Below, piece by piece: positions 9,690 to 21,043 of a stretch of DNA of 64,000 nucleotides (positions are counted from its first letter, which is position 1; the number at the start of each line of letters is the position of its first letter). Below the pieces are notes generated by a model that was not told the DNA's origin, did no database searches, and worked only from the letters and a program-made list of their open reading frames with translations. Location of the stretch: positions 87,395 to 151,394 of the forward strand of contig JANLWX010000007.1 of the NCBI GenBank assembly GCA_031364845.1. Direction: 5' to 3'. Origin of the DNA: Candidatus Eiseniibacteriota bacterium. GTDB lineage: Bacteria > Eisenbacteria > RBG-16-71-46. The translations under genes and the position numbers were made by a program.

Positions 9690-10445
9690 TTGATTTCGAG
9701 CCGGTTCGCATGGATCTCGGGCCTCGCCGCCCTGCTCACCGTGTCGCTCGCCCCGGGCGAAGTGCGTGCTGCGGCCGAGGTCAGTCGCTGCAGCCTGGTC
9801 CTTTCGGGGATGCCCTCCTCGATCCAGGGCGGTGACTTCAACAAATTCATCGACTTCATCAACGAGACGCAGCTCACTTCGCGCGGCCTCGAGGGGCTGG
9901 AGAAGGTGGGCTCGGCGTGGATGTTCGAAGCCCAGTTGCGCTACTTCGTCCGTCCCAACATGGCGGTGAACGTGGGCGTCGGGCAGATCCGTGCAGTCAG
10001 CGATCGTGAATACCTTCCCGCCCTCAACCTCGCGATCCAGCTGCACAGCGAAGTCCTCTCGATCCCGGTGCACGTCGGCGGCGCCTACTATCTCGAGCCC
10101 TACAATCAGGGCGACTTTCAGGCGCGCGCCTATTTTGGCGCGGGTGTGGTGAGCCTGGTCTACAACCGCGCGCTGTTCCAGCAGGAAGGCGTCGGCATCC
10201 CGGATCTCGTGAACCTCAAGACGGTCGCGACGCAGGATTCGCCGGGCTACTACCTGGAGTTCGGCGGACACATGTTCTTCGCGTCCCGGTTCAACGTGCT
10301 GATGGGCGTCATGTACCGCAGCGCCAAGATCGATCGGCTCGTCGACAGTGAGACCGGCCTCCCGTATCCGACCCCGACCGGCGATCCGTACACGCTGGAT
10401 TTCTCGGGAGTGAGCGGACGCTTCGGACTGGGGATCGGCTTCTGA
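9690..10445 (+). CDS. outer-membrane beta-barrel protein
   Basis: Signal peptide, alternating amphipathic strands, C-terminal FGLGIGF; GGAGG RBS before TTG. Confidence 0.75.
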   Translation: MISSRFAWISGLAALLTVSLAPGEVRAAAEVSRCSLVLSGMPSSIQGGDFNKFIDFINETQLTSRGLEGLEKVGSAWMFEAQLRYFVRPNMAVNVGVGQIRAVSDREYLPALNLAIQLHSEVLSIPVHVGGAYYLEPYNQGDFQARAYFGAGVVSLVYNRALFQQEGVGIPDLVNLKTVATQDSPGYYLEFGGHMFFASRFNVLMGVMYRSAKIDRLVDSETGLPYPTPTGDPYTLDFSGVSGRFGLGIGF

Positions 10446-10467
10446 TTTCCCGCTGACGCGAAACGCT

Positions 10468-10507
10468 CGAGGCCCCGCATTCCGGCGTACCGGAGCGCGG
10501 GGCCTCG
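10468..10507. terminator. GC hairpin between convergent genes
   Basis: CGAGGCCCCGC/GCGGGGCCTCG inverted repeat, no U tract. Confidence 0.5.
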
Positions 10508-10540
10508 TCGCATCAGGGCCGATCGAGATGCTCGGACAAT

Positions 10541-10903
10541 CTAGCGCGTCGTGCTGTCGGTCCCCGACATCCGGTAGATGATCTCACCCGGTCGCGCCAT
10601 GCCCGTGCTGCGCAACTTGCGCTCGGCGAGTTCCTGCCGTGACCGCGGGTCCTTCGCATCCTTCTCGATGGCGAGAATCTCGGCGCGCGTGTGGTTCACC
10701 TCTTGTACCGTGCGCTGCTGCTCCTGACGCAGCCGCGACAGGCGGAAGAAGCTGTGGTCGCTGAGAAAGCCGACCCACGCGCACCACGCGATCGCGACGA
10801 GCCACGCCCAGTGCAAGCGGCGGCGGATGGGATCGGAGGGCATGGCATAGCGGGAGAGACGGTAACGACGGATGCGATTTCCGATGTCGCGCATGACGTC
10901 CAT
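10541..10903 (-). CDS. ftsB: septum formation initiator, FtsB/DivIC family
   Basis: One TM segment, coiled coil, ELAERKLRSTGMARPGEIIY; directly downstream of eno; start codon uncertain. Confidence 0.75.
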   Translation of the reverse strand: MDVMRDIGNRIRRYRLSRYAMPSDPIRRRLHWAWLVAIAWCAWVGFLSDHSFFRLSRLRQEQQRTVQEVNHTRAEILAIEKDAKDPRSRQELAERKLRSTGMARPGEIIYRMSGTDSTTR

Positions 10904-11022
10904 GTCCTCGGGACAAAGGGGATCATCGATGATGGCGCAGGCCCGAATCCTTGCGGGCGGCGCGCGGTGCACGGTGCTTCATCTGTTCCGACGATCGCCG
11001 TCTGAGCGCGATCGCGCGGCGT

Positions 11023-12330
<1,308 letters not shown>

Positions 12331-12392
12331 CTACGGGAGCCGCCGACTGTGGTCAAGGCGTCGGAGCTTGCAAGTTGCGATGCCTGAAGCCC

Positions 12393-12458
12393 TTGACCAC
12401 CCCGGAATCCGCCGCCTATGGTGCCTCCCCATGAAACTTTCGCCCCGTGCCGCGCGTA
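12393..12458 (+). promoter_or_regulatory. tandem sigma70-like and ECF-type promoters of the ECF sigma operon
   Basis: TTGACC-N18-TATGGT (12393-12422) and TGAAAC-N17-CGTA (12432-12458). Confidence 0.6.
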
Positions 12459-12483
12459 GGCGGGCTGTAGATGTGCCGCGCAC

Positions 12484-13053
12484 GTGACTGACGACGACGC
12501 CGAACTCGTACGGCGGTGCCTGGAGGGCGATGAGCGGGCCTACGGCCTCATCGTCGAACGCTATCAGGCTCGAATCTTCTCGCTGGCGTGGCGCATGGTT
12601 CGCCAGCGGGAGGATGCCGAGGATCTGACCCAGGAGACGTTCGTGCGGATGTTCCGCGCGGCGGCCCGATACGATCCGACGCGGCCGTTCGCGGCCTGGT
12701 TGTTCACGATCGCTTCACGGCTGTGCATCGACCACATTCGCAGGCGGCGGTTGCCGTCGGTCTCGCTCTCGATGTCGGAGCCCGGTTCGGGCGAAGAGCG
12801 GCAGATGGATATCGAAGATCCGGGGCTTGGGCCCGACGAAATCACGTCCCGGGAGGAAGAGGAGCGGAACACGCAGGATCTGATCGACAGCCTGCCGCCG
12901 CATTATCGAATTGTCGTGATGTTGAGACACCAGGAAGACCTGTCGTACGACGAGATCGCAGCCGCGCTCGAAATGCCGTTGGGCACGGTGAAGGCTCGAA
13001 TCCACCGGGCACGCGCACTGCTTCGGGGGCGCATCGAGGGAGAACACTCGTGA
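12484..13053 (+). CDS. ECF RNA polymerase sigma factor (SigW/RpoE-like)
   Basis: DAEDLTQETF, FAAWLFTIA, LSYDEIA..PLGTVKARIHRAR. Confidence 0.93.
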   Translation: MTDDDAELVRRCLEGDERAYGLIVERYQARIFSLAWRMVRQREDAEDLTQETFVRMFRAAARYDPTRPFAAWLFTIASRLCIDHIRRRRLPSVSLSMSEPGSGEERQMDIEDPGLGPDEITSREEEERNTQDLIDSLPPHYRIVVMLRHQEDLSYDEIAAALEMPLGTVKARIHRARALLRGRIEGEHS

Positions 13054-13676
13054 AGCCAGCATGCATCGAGACCCAGCGCGTCGAGGACTACCTCGACGAC
13101 GCGCTCGCTCCGGCCGAGGTCGCCGCGTTCCGCGAACACCTGCGTGGCTGCGCCGGATGCGCCGCAGAATTGGCCGCATGGACCCGCGTGTTCCATACCC
13201 TCGACTCGACCCCGCTGCTTGATCCCGGCCCCGCGCTCACCCAGCGCGTGCTCGCTGCCGTCGTCCCTTCCCGTATCCGCCAGCGCTGGCTGCGCACCGT
13301 GGGCTGGACCTACGCCGGTTCGCTCGCGGCAAGCGTGGCAGCGGCCGTGGTCGCGGCCAATCTGCCCGGCGCGCGACTGTGGCTCGATGTCGCCTCCGCG
13401 GAAGCGTCGCGCCACGTGGTCCAGTTGTTCATGTTCGTGCTCAACGCGCTCGCCTTCGCCACGCTCGGCATCGCCAACGGCTGGGGCGCGCTCGCCTCGC
13501 TCTTGAACCGCATTGCCCCGCTGCCGCGCGCACTGGCGTCGCTGCTTCAGCATCCGCCGGTGGAAGTGGCGCTGTGGGCGGCCGCGGTGATCTGCATCGC
13601 GCTGCTGTGGTGGCTTCATGGACGCGACCGCTCGGCGTCGCGCCGGATCGATCCGCTCGGACTGATGGGGGTGTGA
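13050..13676 (+). CDS. zinc-finger (ZAS) anti-sigma factor
   Basis: HLRGCAGC (HxxxCxxC) followed by TM segments; GTGA overlap with the sigma gene. Confidence 0.85.
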   Translation: MKPACIETQRVEDYLDDALAPAEVAAFREHLRGCAGCAAELAAWTRVFHTLDSTPLLDPGPALTQRVLAAVVPSRIRQRWLRTVGWTYAGSLAASVAAAVVAANLPGARLWLDVASAEASRHVVQLFMFVLNALAFATLGIANGWGALASLLNRIAPLPRALASLLQHPPVEVALWAAAVICIALLWWLHGRDRSASRRIDPLGLMGV

Positions 13677-13677
13677 C

Positions 13678-14892
13678 ATGAGGACGAATTCCGGGGCGCG
13701 ATCGCTCTCGAGGGTGCGGGGCACGCTGGCCCTGATGCTGATGACGGTCGCCACCGCGGCGTTCATCGCCGCGCTCCCGGCGCAGAGCCTCGCCCAGTCG
13801 AAGTCCCGGAGCGACTCGACGCGTCACGCGAAGAGCATCCGCATCAGCTCCGATGGAATTCGGATCGACGGCGGGAGCGGCGAATCCACCGAGCTCGACG
13901 TCAAGGGTGCGGTGAAGATCGGCGACGGTGTCATCCGCATCACCACCGACAGCGACACGCAGACGGTGCGCCGGCGCTCGGTCCACATCAATGGACCGGT
14001 CGTGGTGGTGGACGACGGCAGCGCGGGTCTCGTGCGCGTGTTCGCCGATGCCGAGGTCGCCAAGGACGAGCGGATCGAGGGTGATGTGGTCGCCGTGTTC
14101 GGATCCGTCCAGGTCGCGGGTCATGTCGCGGGAAACGTGGCCGCGGTGTTCGGTTCGGTCAGTCTCGAGCCGGGCGCGGTCGTGGACGGCGACGTGGTGG
14201 CGATCGGCGGCGCGCTCGATCAGGCCGCGGGTGCGATCGTCAATGGTGAGAGCGTGTCGCTCGGCCTCTTCTCGTGGCATCCCGGAGTTCCCACGCTGCG
14301 CGTCCTGCTGCTGTCGGTGCTCGGCAGCTGGATCATGACGCTGATCCTCGGCTGGATGCTGGCGCTCGTCTTCCCGCATCGCATGCGCCGCGTGGCGCTC
14401 ACCGCGTCGCAGCGGACCGCGGGCTCGTTCGTGCTCGGAGTGGCCTCGGGTCCGCTGGTCGTGATCGCCGTGGTCCTCATGCTCATCACCGTGGTCGGTA
14501 TCCCGTTCGCGCTCATGCTGCCGCTCGCCTACATCTTCATTGTGTGGGCCGGACAATTGACGACCTCGTACGTCCTCGGCTGCCGGTTGCTGCGCCGCAA
14601 GATCGGCGACGGCCAGCCGATGGCTCCGCTTGCTGCGGGAACGTTGTTCGTCGCGATGTTCTTCGCACTTGGCGCAATCCTCGCAGGACCCCAGGGCGCG
14701 GTACGCACGTTCGCGCTGTTCTTCACGCTGCTCGGGGCGCTCATGGTGCTCGGTCTGTCCGTGGTCGGCACCGGGGCGGTGCTGCTGTCGCGGCTCGGAT
14801 CGCGTCCTCGCGATGGTGCGATGCCGGCACCGGCGAACACCGTGTCGCCTCCCGCTGACCCGACCATCATTCCGGCGACTCCGGTCGCCTGA
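13678..14892 (+). CDS. membrane protein with bactofilin-like beta-helix repeats and multi-TM C-terminus
   Basis: Signal peptide, repeated GDVVAVFGSV/GNVAAVFGSV/GDVVAIGG units, about 5 TM segments. Confidence 0.7.
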   Translation: MRTNSGARSLSRVRGTLALMLMTVATAAFIAALPAQSLAQSKSRSDSTRHAKSIRISSDGIRIDGGSGESTELDVKGAVKIGDGVIRITTDSDTQTVRRRSVHINGPVVVVDDGSAGLVRVFADAEVAKDERIEGDVVAVFGSVQVAGHVAGNVAAVFGSVSLEPGAVVDGDVVAIGGALDQAAGAIVNGESVSLGLFSWHPGVPTLRVLLLSVLGSWIMTLILGWMLALVFPHRMRRVALTASQRTAGSFVLGVASGPLVVIAVVLMLITVVGIPFALMLPLAYIFIVWAGQLTTSYVLGCRLLRRKIGDGQPMAPLAAGTLFVAMFFALGAILAGPQGAVRTFALFFTLLGALMVLGLSVVGTGAVLLSRLGSRPRDGAMPAPANTVSPPADPTIIPATPVA

Positions 14893-15069
14893 ATCCGGGA
14901 CATCCCCCGGGGGAAACCCCGCTTTCAAAGGCGCCCGCTGGGTGGTCCGGCCCCGTTTCGATCGACGATCCCCGGCGAAGCGCGCTGAAGGCGGTGTGAG
15001 CGGGCATCGATCTTCATGTCCCGCAACAGGTTTCGCAGGCTGATCGAAACCCGACCCCGGGGGGGTCGG

Positions 15070-15085
15070 GGGCACGGATATGGCG
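15070..15085 (+). promoter_or_regulatory. possible sigma54 (-24/-12) promoter
   Basis: gGGCACG-GATA-TGGC, GG-N10-GC spacing, deviates from consensus at two positions. Confidence 0.35.
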
Positions 15086-15100
15086 TTATGACGTTCGTAT

Positions 15101-16096
15101 ATGAACGCTCTTCACGCCCTCCGTCCACTCGCCCTGGTGCTGTCGCTCGCGCCATTCATGAGCACCCCGCTGCCCGCACACGAGGTCGACGCCTCGGGTA
15201 CCGCTCAGGGGCTCGTCATCCACGACGCGGCGAGCACGTTGCGTGAATATTGTGCGCCGGACTCCGAAGGTCGGCTGTGGATCACGCTTCCCGGCGGGTG
15301 GCGCTTCGAGTTGATCACGTCGACCGACGATCCCGGCATCATCAACCCGGGAGACGGCGCCTTCCATCCGTTCGACGCCGCGGAAGTCACGGCGGCCCTC
15401 GCCCAGCTGAGCTTCCCGGTTGCGGGGATCTCGGCCGAAGTCTTCCTGCTGCCCTATCCGCGCCGCGCGCAGATCGAATCGGCAGCCGGCCCGCGGCTGA
15501 TCCTAATGTCGCCCGGTGTGCGTCCGCTCACGCGCGAACACCAGCATGCCGAGTTCGTTCACGAGCTGGGCCATGTCGTCCATCACGCGCTGATGCCGGA
15601 CGGTGACGGTCGCTGGGACACGTATCGCAGACTCCGCGAGATCGACGACGCACGCTACTCGCCGACGGCCCCGCACGCGGATCGTCCGCACGAGATTTTC
15701 GCCGAGGACTTCCGCGCGCTGTTCGGCGGACCGCGGGCGACCTATTCCGGCACGATCGAGAACTCGAGCCTCGCTTCGCCCGAGGATGTTCCCGGACTCT
15801 CGTCGTTCATGCTCGGGCTCGCCGGCGTCACGGCTCCGCTTCCGATTCTTGCTTCGCCGAACCCCACGCGCGGCGCGCTGCGGTTCACGCTGGCCGGCGC
15901 GAGCGAGGTGCCGCTCGACCTGTTCGATGCCGGCGGACGACGGATCGCGAGCCTCGCGCCCCGTGCGACCGCGGGCGCAATCGAATGGAATTTCGACGGC
16001 TTCGACGCGGCGGGACGCCCGGTGGCACCGGGCGTGCTGTTCGCGCGGCCGCGCGGCGCGCGTCACAGCGCTGCGCGCATCATCGTCGTCCCCTGA
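15101..16096 (+). CDS. secreted putative zinc metallopeptidase with FlgD-Ig-like C-terminal domain
   Basis: Signal peptide, HELGH plus HEIFAEDF, C-terminal ASPNP..LFDAGGRRI..WNFDG..GRPVAPGVLF. Confidence 0.7.
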   Translation: MNALHALRPLALVLSLAPFMSTPLPAHEVDASGTAQGLVIHDAASTLREYCAPDSEGRLWITLPGGWRFELITSTDDPGIINPGDGAFHPFDAAEVTAALAQLSFPVAGISAEVFLLPYPRRAQIESAAGPRLILMSPGVRPLTREHQHAEFVHELGHVVHHALMPDGDGRWDTYRRLREIDDARYSPTAPHADRPHEIFAEDFRALFGGPRATYSGTIENSSLASPEDVPGLSSFMLGLAGVTAPLPILASPNPTRGALRFTLAGASEVPLDLFDAGGRRIASLAPRATAGAIEWNFDGFDAAGRPVAPGVLFARPRGARHSAARIIVVP

Positions 16097-16137
16097 AGCC
16101 ACGCCTCGCGTCACCTCGCGCGGCGGCGCTGCGCGGT

Positions 16138-16791
16138 TCAGTGACGGAACAACGTCGACAACTCGAACTCGCCCGAGTTCGCGCGCGCGTGCTGATCACC
16201 GAATCCCGCGAAGTTACGCACCGCGTCGAACACCGAGCGCGGGAGGCCCGTGATCACGCCGAACCCTGAGCGGCGCTTCGACTCCACTTCGCCCGACAGC
16301 CAGCCTTCCCCTTCTTCGAGATCTTCGACGCTCAGCGGCTTGAGCGTCACCGAAACCGCGAGGTAGTAGCGGGCCCCGGCATCGATCTGCGCGATGCGGC
16401 CGACCGGCAACGACAGCGGCCTCGAAAGCACGATGCGCACCGAGTCGAGCGAGCTGAGCGTCATGCTCGCGGCCCCCGGACGCTCGATGTGAAAGTTCTC
16501 ACTCCAGACTTCGTAGCGGATCTTGAGCGGGGATTCGAACGTGCTCTCCAGACGGTCGAACCAACCGCTGCGACGACGCCACAGTTCGACGTGCAGCAGC
16601 AACGTCGCGGGCATTCCGCGCGACAGGCTCTGTTCGACGCGCGGCGGGAACAGATCGTCGAGCTGGAGGTCGACCCACAGGTAGCCCTCACGTTCACGCG
16701 GACGTTGCACGTCCACCGTGAGCGCATCCGCGGCCGGCGCGAGCACGACGAGCGCGAGCAGCGTGGCGGCGAGCCCGGGCATGCGAAACAT
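16138..16791 (-). CDS. DUF4390-like periplasmic protein
   Basis: Signal peptide, LSRGMPATL..ELWRRRSGWFD pattern; operon with NtrY/NtrX-like pair. Confidence 0.7.
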   Translation of the reverse strand: MFRMPGLAATLLALVVLAPAADALTVDVQRPREREGYLWVDLQLDDLFPPRVEQSLSRGMPATLLLHVELWRRRSGWFDRLESTFESPLKIRYEVWSENFHIERPGAASMTLSSLDSVRIVLSRPLSLPVGRIAQIDAGARYYLAVSVTLKPLSVEDLEEGEGWLSGEVESKRRSGFGVITGLPRSVFDAVRNFAGFGDQHARANSGEFELSTLFRH

Positions 16792-16809
16792 CGCGAGTAT
16801 GCCGGCCGT

Positions 16810-18111
16810 TCAGAACGGGCGCTTGAGCCGGAAGCTCACGACCGGATCGGAGCCGGACTCATGCAGGTTCTTTGCGACATAGATGCGCAGGTTGTCTTCG
16901 GACGTGCCGAGGCCGATGCCGGCGTCGGCGGCCAGGCGCTGGCGCCCTACGTCCCAGTGATGCGCGTCGTTCTGCCACGCGCGTCCCGCGTCGAGAAACG
17001 CGATCGCGTGCAGTCCACCTTGGAAGAAGTCGCTGCGCAGCCGCCACAGTCCGATCGTGTATTCGGTCTGCGTGAGCAGCAGCTGGTTGCCGCGATAGGT
17101 TCCGAAGGTGTGCGCGCGCAGACCGTCGACGCCGCCGGCGACGAAGATGCGTTGCGCGGGAATCGTCCCTTCGATTCCATGCCCCGCCGCGATCCGCAGC
17201 GCGAGCGTGCTGGCCGGCGACAGGCGGAATACGCTGCGCACGTCGGCGAGCAGCCGCGTGTATTCGAAGTCACCGCCCCGGCCGTGCCCCGCGCGCTCGA
17301 GATCGACCCAGTGCGTGAACCCGGCGCGCAGGCGCGCGCTGGTGTGTCCGCGCTGTTCGAGCCGCCATGAAATCGTGCGTGCCTCACCCGGATCGATCGC
17401 GGGATTGTCGCGCAGCTCGCGGTCACGCTGAAAGAACGAGCGCGTGCCGCGGTCCAGCGCGAGCGAGCGGTACTCGTCCTTGCGCAGGTGCACACTGAAC
17501 GTCGAGATGCCGGGCATGCGCACTGAGGCGTAGACGCCGCCGCCTTCGCGTTCGAAGTAATCGCGATAGTCCTGGCGGCCGAACAGCAGGGCGAAGCTGT
17601 TTTCGACGTCGGGAACCTGCTGAAGGTCGTTGTGATCGGTGCGCCGCGACACCGAGAAGCCGGCAGCAAAGCGCTCGGGGTCGACGATCGGCTGCTCCAC
17701 CTGCAGGCCGTAGAGCACGCGCTCGCGCTGGAACGCGTACTCGAGCCTGGCGCCGGCGCGCGGTCGCATCGTACCCAGGTCCTGGATCTCATAGCCCCAC
17801 CCGATGCGCAGCCGGTCGACCCGGTTGTAGTCGAGGATCACGTGCGAACGCGTGATGCCTCCGCGCTGCCGCCACGTATCGGGATCGGTGATGAGCTGCT
17901 CGCCGAACGGAGCGCGCGGCGAACGCGCTTCGTTGGGTGATGTCGCGCGGTCGAGCAGCGACTCGTCGGTCACATCGTCATCGGGCGCGAACGTGAGCGA
18001 ATCGGGCATCGGGATCGGCGACTCATCGGCGCTGGCGCGCACCGGGAGCATGCCCACCACGAAGGCCAGCGCGATCAGCCACATATAGCAACGCATGAGG
18101 CGGTGGGTCAC
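16810..18111 (-). CDS. Omp85/BamA-TamA-like outer-membrane barrel protein
   Basis: YNRVD, FVAGGVDGLRAH (VRGY-like loop), AFLDAGRAW, C-terminal Phe; GGAGG RBS before GTG 18111. Confidence 0.72.
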   Translation of the reverse strand: MTHRLMRCYMWLIALAFVVGMLPVRASADESPIPMPDSLTFAPDDDVTDESLLDRATSPNEARSPRAPFGEQLITDPDTWRQRGGITRSHVILDYNRVDRLRIGWGYEIQDLGTMRPRAGARLEYAFQRERVLYGLQVEQPIVDPERFAAGFSVSRRTDHNDLQQVPDVENSFALLFGRQDYRDYFEREGGGVYASVRMPGISTFSVHLRKDEYRSLALDRGTRSFFQRDRELRDNPAIDPGEARTISWRLEQRGHTSARLRAGFTHWVDLERAGHGRGGDFEYTRLLADVRSVFRLSPASTLALRIAAGHGIEGTIPAQRIFVAGGVDGLRAHTFGTYRGNQLLLTQTEYTIGLWRLRSDFFQGGLHAIAFLDAGRAWQNDAHHWDVGRQRLAADAGIGLGTSEDNLRIYVAKNLHESGSDPVVSFRLKRPF

Positions 18112-18137
18112 TGCGGTACCTCCGAGGGGTTCGCCAC

Positions 18138-19481
18138 TCACCGGCGGGCGATTCCGTACTTGCGCATCTTGCGGTGCAGATTCGTGCGATCGATGCCGAG
18201 GCCGGTCGCGGCTTGCGTGACATTCCCGTTCGCGCTTTCGAGCGCTTTGCGAATCGCCTCCGCCTCGCGTCGTTCGATCTCGCCACGCAGACCGACTCCA
18301 TCGCCGTGTTCCGCGCTGCGCTCGAGCCACGAGGTGAGATCCTCGGCGCGCACTTCAGTTCCTTCCACCAGGATCGCGGCGCGTTCCATGAGATTTCTCA
18401 ACTCACGTACGTTCCCCGGCCAGTGGTATTCCTCGAGCAACGTCTGCGCATCCGGCGTCAGGCGTTTCGGCGCATGTCCTTCCGTCGTGCAGAACTGGTT
18501 CAGAAAGTGTTCCGCGATCGGCGCGATGTCCGCTGGACGTTCGCGCAGCGGTGGCACGTGAAGGGGAAGCACGTTGAGCCGGTAGAACAGATCCTGCCGG
18601 AAGCTGCCGTCTTCGACCGCCGTGGCGAGGTCCTTGTTGGTCGCGGCGACGATGCGGACATCGAAGGTCTGCGTGCGGGTCGCGCCGACCTTCTCGACTT
18701 CGCCGGTTTCGATCACGCGCAGCAGTTTGGCCTGCGCGTCGAGTGCCAGGTCGCCGATCTCGTCGAGGAACAGCGTGCCGTGGTCCGCGAGTTCGAGGCG
18801 TCCCTTCTTGCTCTGAAGCGCGCCGGTGAACGCTCCGCGCTCGTAGCCGAACAGTTCGCTCTCGACCAGATCCTTGGGGATCGCGGCACAGTTGATCTTG
18901 ACGAACGGTCCCGACGCGCGCCGGGAGAGCACGTGGATCGCCTGCGCGACGAGTTCCTTGCCCGATCCGTTCTCGCCCGTGATCAGCACGCGTCCCTGCG
19001 AAGGAGCGACCCGTCGCACGCTCTCGATGAGTGCCGCGATCGCGGAACTCGATCCGAGAATCCCGAGGTCGTCGCCGGGTTTGGAATTCGCGGCGCGCCG
19101 CAGGCCGGTGATCTGCGCGGCCTGCATCACGACATCCAGGAGACGCTCGCGATCCGGTGGCTTCTCGATGAAATCGAACGCGCCGCGCTGGCCGGCGCGC
19201 ATCGCGTTGGCGATGGTCGCCTCGCCCGAGACCACGATCACGCCGACGTCGGGCGCGTTCTCTCGGATGCGTTCGAGCGCGTCGAGACCATGCATGCCGG
19301 GCATCGCGAGATCGAGCAGCACCACGTCGAAGCGGCGCTCCTCGAGCGTCGCGATCGCGCGTTCGCCGGTCTCCGCCTCGGCGACCGTGTGCCCCGCGTG
19401 TTCCAGCACCGCGCGCAGCGCGTCGCGGATGGCGGGATCATCGTCGACTACCAGCACGTCCAGCCGCCTGCTCATCGTCAT
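18138..19481 (-). CDS. sigma54-dependent response regulator (NtrX-like)
   Basis: REC domain, [29 protein letters not shown], Fis-type HTH. Confidence 0.93.
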   Translation of the reverse strand: MTMSRRLDVLVVDDDPAIRDALRAVLEHAGHTVAEAETGERAIATLEERRFDVVLLDLAMPGMHGLDALERIRENAPDVGVIVVSGEATIANAMRAGQRGAFDFIEKPPDRERLLDVVMQAAQITGLRRAANSKPGDDLGILGSSSAIAALIESVRRVAPSQGRVLITGENGSGKELVAQAIHVLSRRASGPFVKINCAAIPKDLVESELFGYERGAFTGALQSKKGRLELADHGTLFLDEIGDLALDAQAKLLRVIETGEVEKVGATRTQTFDVRIVAATNKDLATAVEDGSFRQDLFYRLNVLPLHVPPLRERPADIAPIAEHFLNQFCTTEGHAPKRLTPDAQTLLEEYHWPGNVRELRNLMERAAILVEGTEVRAEDLTSWLERSAEHGDGVGLRGEIERREAEAIRKALESANGNVTQAATGLGIDRTNLHRKMRKYGIARR

Positions 19482-19512
19482 CGTCCCTCGTTTCCTTTCA
19501 GAATTCCGCGCA

Positions 19513-21018
19513 TCATGCGCCTGCGGCCCGTGGCAGCGCGACCCGGGCCTCGGCGCCGCCGCCTTCGCGGTCGTCGAGCGTGATCGTACCGCCGTGCTGC
19601 TGGACGATGTCGCGCACCAGCGACAGGCCGAGTCCGCTGCCGCGCCTTTTCGTGCTCACGTACGGCTCGAACAGCCGGCCGCGCACTGCGGGCGGGAGAC
19701 CGGCACCCCGATCGAGCACCACGAGCGTGACCTGTTCCGCGTTCGCGCGGACTTCGATTTCGATCGCGGCGTGCGGCGGGCTGGCTTCGCGCGCATTGAG
19801 GACGAGGTTGTGGATCGCGCGCGTCAACAGCAACCGGTCGCCAAGGATCGGAGCAGCTTCGCACCGATACTCGACCGGGTCGAGCATGGCGGTGTTCGCC
19901 TGGAGGATCGCGCGCACGATTTCGTCCAGATCGAACGACTCGAACCGCGGTTCCGGCAGCCGCGCGTACTGTGAGAACTGCTCAGCGAGCCGATGCAGAT
20001 GGTCGACTTCGCGCAGCACGCTCGCGAGACTGCGGCGGAACGATTCACGCTCGGCTTCCGGCACCGCCGCGATCTGCGCCTCGACCAGCTGCAGCGAGAG
20101 CTGCATCGGCGTCAAGATATTGCGGAACTCATGCGCGAGTTTTCGCGCGACATCGCGCCACGCGGCTTCGCGTTCGGCCTGCTGGACCGCTTCACGCGCG
20201 GATTCGAGTCCCGCGGCCATTTGGTTGAACGACGACCCGAGCGATCGCAGCTCGAGCGCCCCGGCGGGCGCGACCCGTGCCGCGAGATCCCCCGCGGCGA
20301 CGCGCTCCAACGCTTCCGACAGCGTCTGAATCGGCCGCGCAGTGTCGCGCGCGATCGTGTGGGAGAGGAAGACCGCACCGGCGACCAGCATCACGACGAT
20401 CGCCGCGACCATGATCATGTAGACGCGGCGTTGCAGATCCACATACACACCGAGCTGGCGATAGTAACCGGTGCCGGTGCCGAGGTTTTCGATCTGCTCG
20501 AAGAATTCCGGGCTCACGCGCACACCGGCGACGACCGCATCACCGCCCGCCGCCTGGCTCACGCCCGCGATCGCGCCGGCCGGGAAACGCAGTACTTCGC
20601 CGGACTCGAGCGCGGGCGAAATCGCATTCGCGAGATCGAGCGGTGTGGCCTGGATCACGCCGCGCGGAGTCACCTGTGCGACCCGCTGCCATTGCCCGCT
20701 CGCATCGCGCCGGTACACCTGAAGGAAATCGACGCCCGCCGCCGCCAGCTGCGCGCTCCACGATTGCTCGGTCGCCAAGGACAGCGATCCCGTCCAGCGC
20801 GACGCCCACACGTCGGACTGGGTGAGCAGCGTGGATTCGAAGCGCGCGAGTGAACCCTTGCCGATCTCGAGTCCGGCTTCGAGCGCGCGGGCCACACCCG
20901 GTCGATACCAGCGATCGATGGAGCGTCCGAGCTGATCGAGTGTGAACCAGGTGAAGACCGCGGTGGGAAGCAGCGCCAGCGCGAGGAGCGCAACCAGGAG
21001 CCGGTTTCGGAGCGTCAT
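19513..21018 (-). CDS. HAMP sensor histidine kinase (NtrY-like)
   Basis: 2 TM segments, HAMP, AWRDVARKLAHE H-box, N/G1/F/G2 boxes. Confidence 0.9.
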   Translation of the reverse strand: MTLRNRLLVALLALALLPTAVFTWFTLDQLGRSIDRWYRPGVARALEAGLEIGKGSLARFESTLLTQSDVWASRWTGSLSLATEQSWSAQLAAAGVDFLQVYRRDASGQWQRVAQVTPRGVIQATPLDLANAISPALESGEVLRFPAGAIAGVSQAAGGDAVVAGVRVSPEFFEQIENLGTGTGYYRQLGVYVDLQRRVYMIMVAAIVVMLVAGAVFLSHTIARDTARPIQTLSEALERVAAGDLAARVAPAGALELRSLGSSFNQMAAGLESAREAVQQAEREAAWRDVARKLAHEFRNILTPMQLSLQLVEAQIAAVPEAERESFRRSLASVLREVDHLHRLAEQFSQYARLPEPRFESFDLDEIVRAILQANTAMLDPVEYRCEAAPILGDRLLLTRAIHNLVLNAREASPPHAAIEIEVRANAEQVTLVVLDRGAGLPPAVRGRLFEPYVSTKRRGSGLGLSLVRDIVQQHGGTITLDDREGGGAEARVALPRAAGA

Positions 21019-21043
21019 GCCCCGGCTGCGAAAGATTCCGAAC

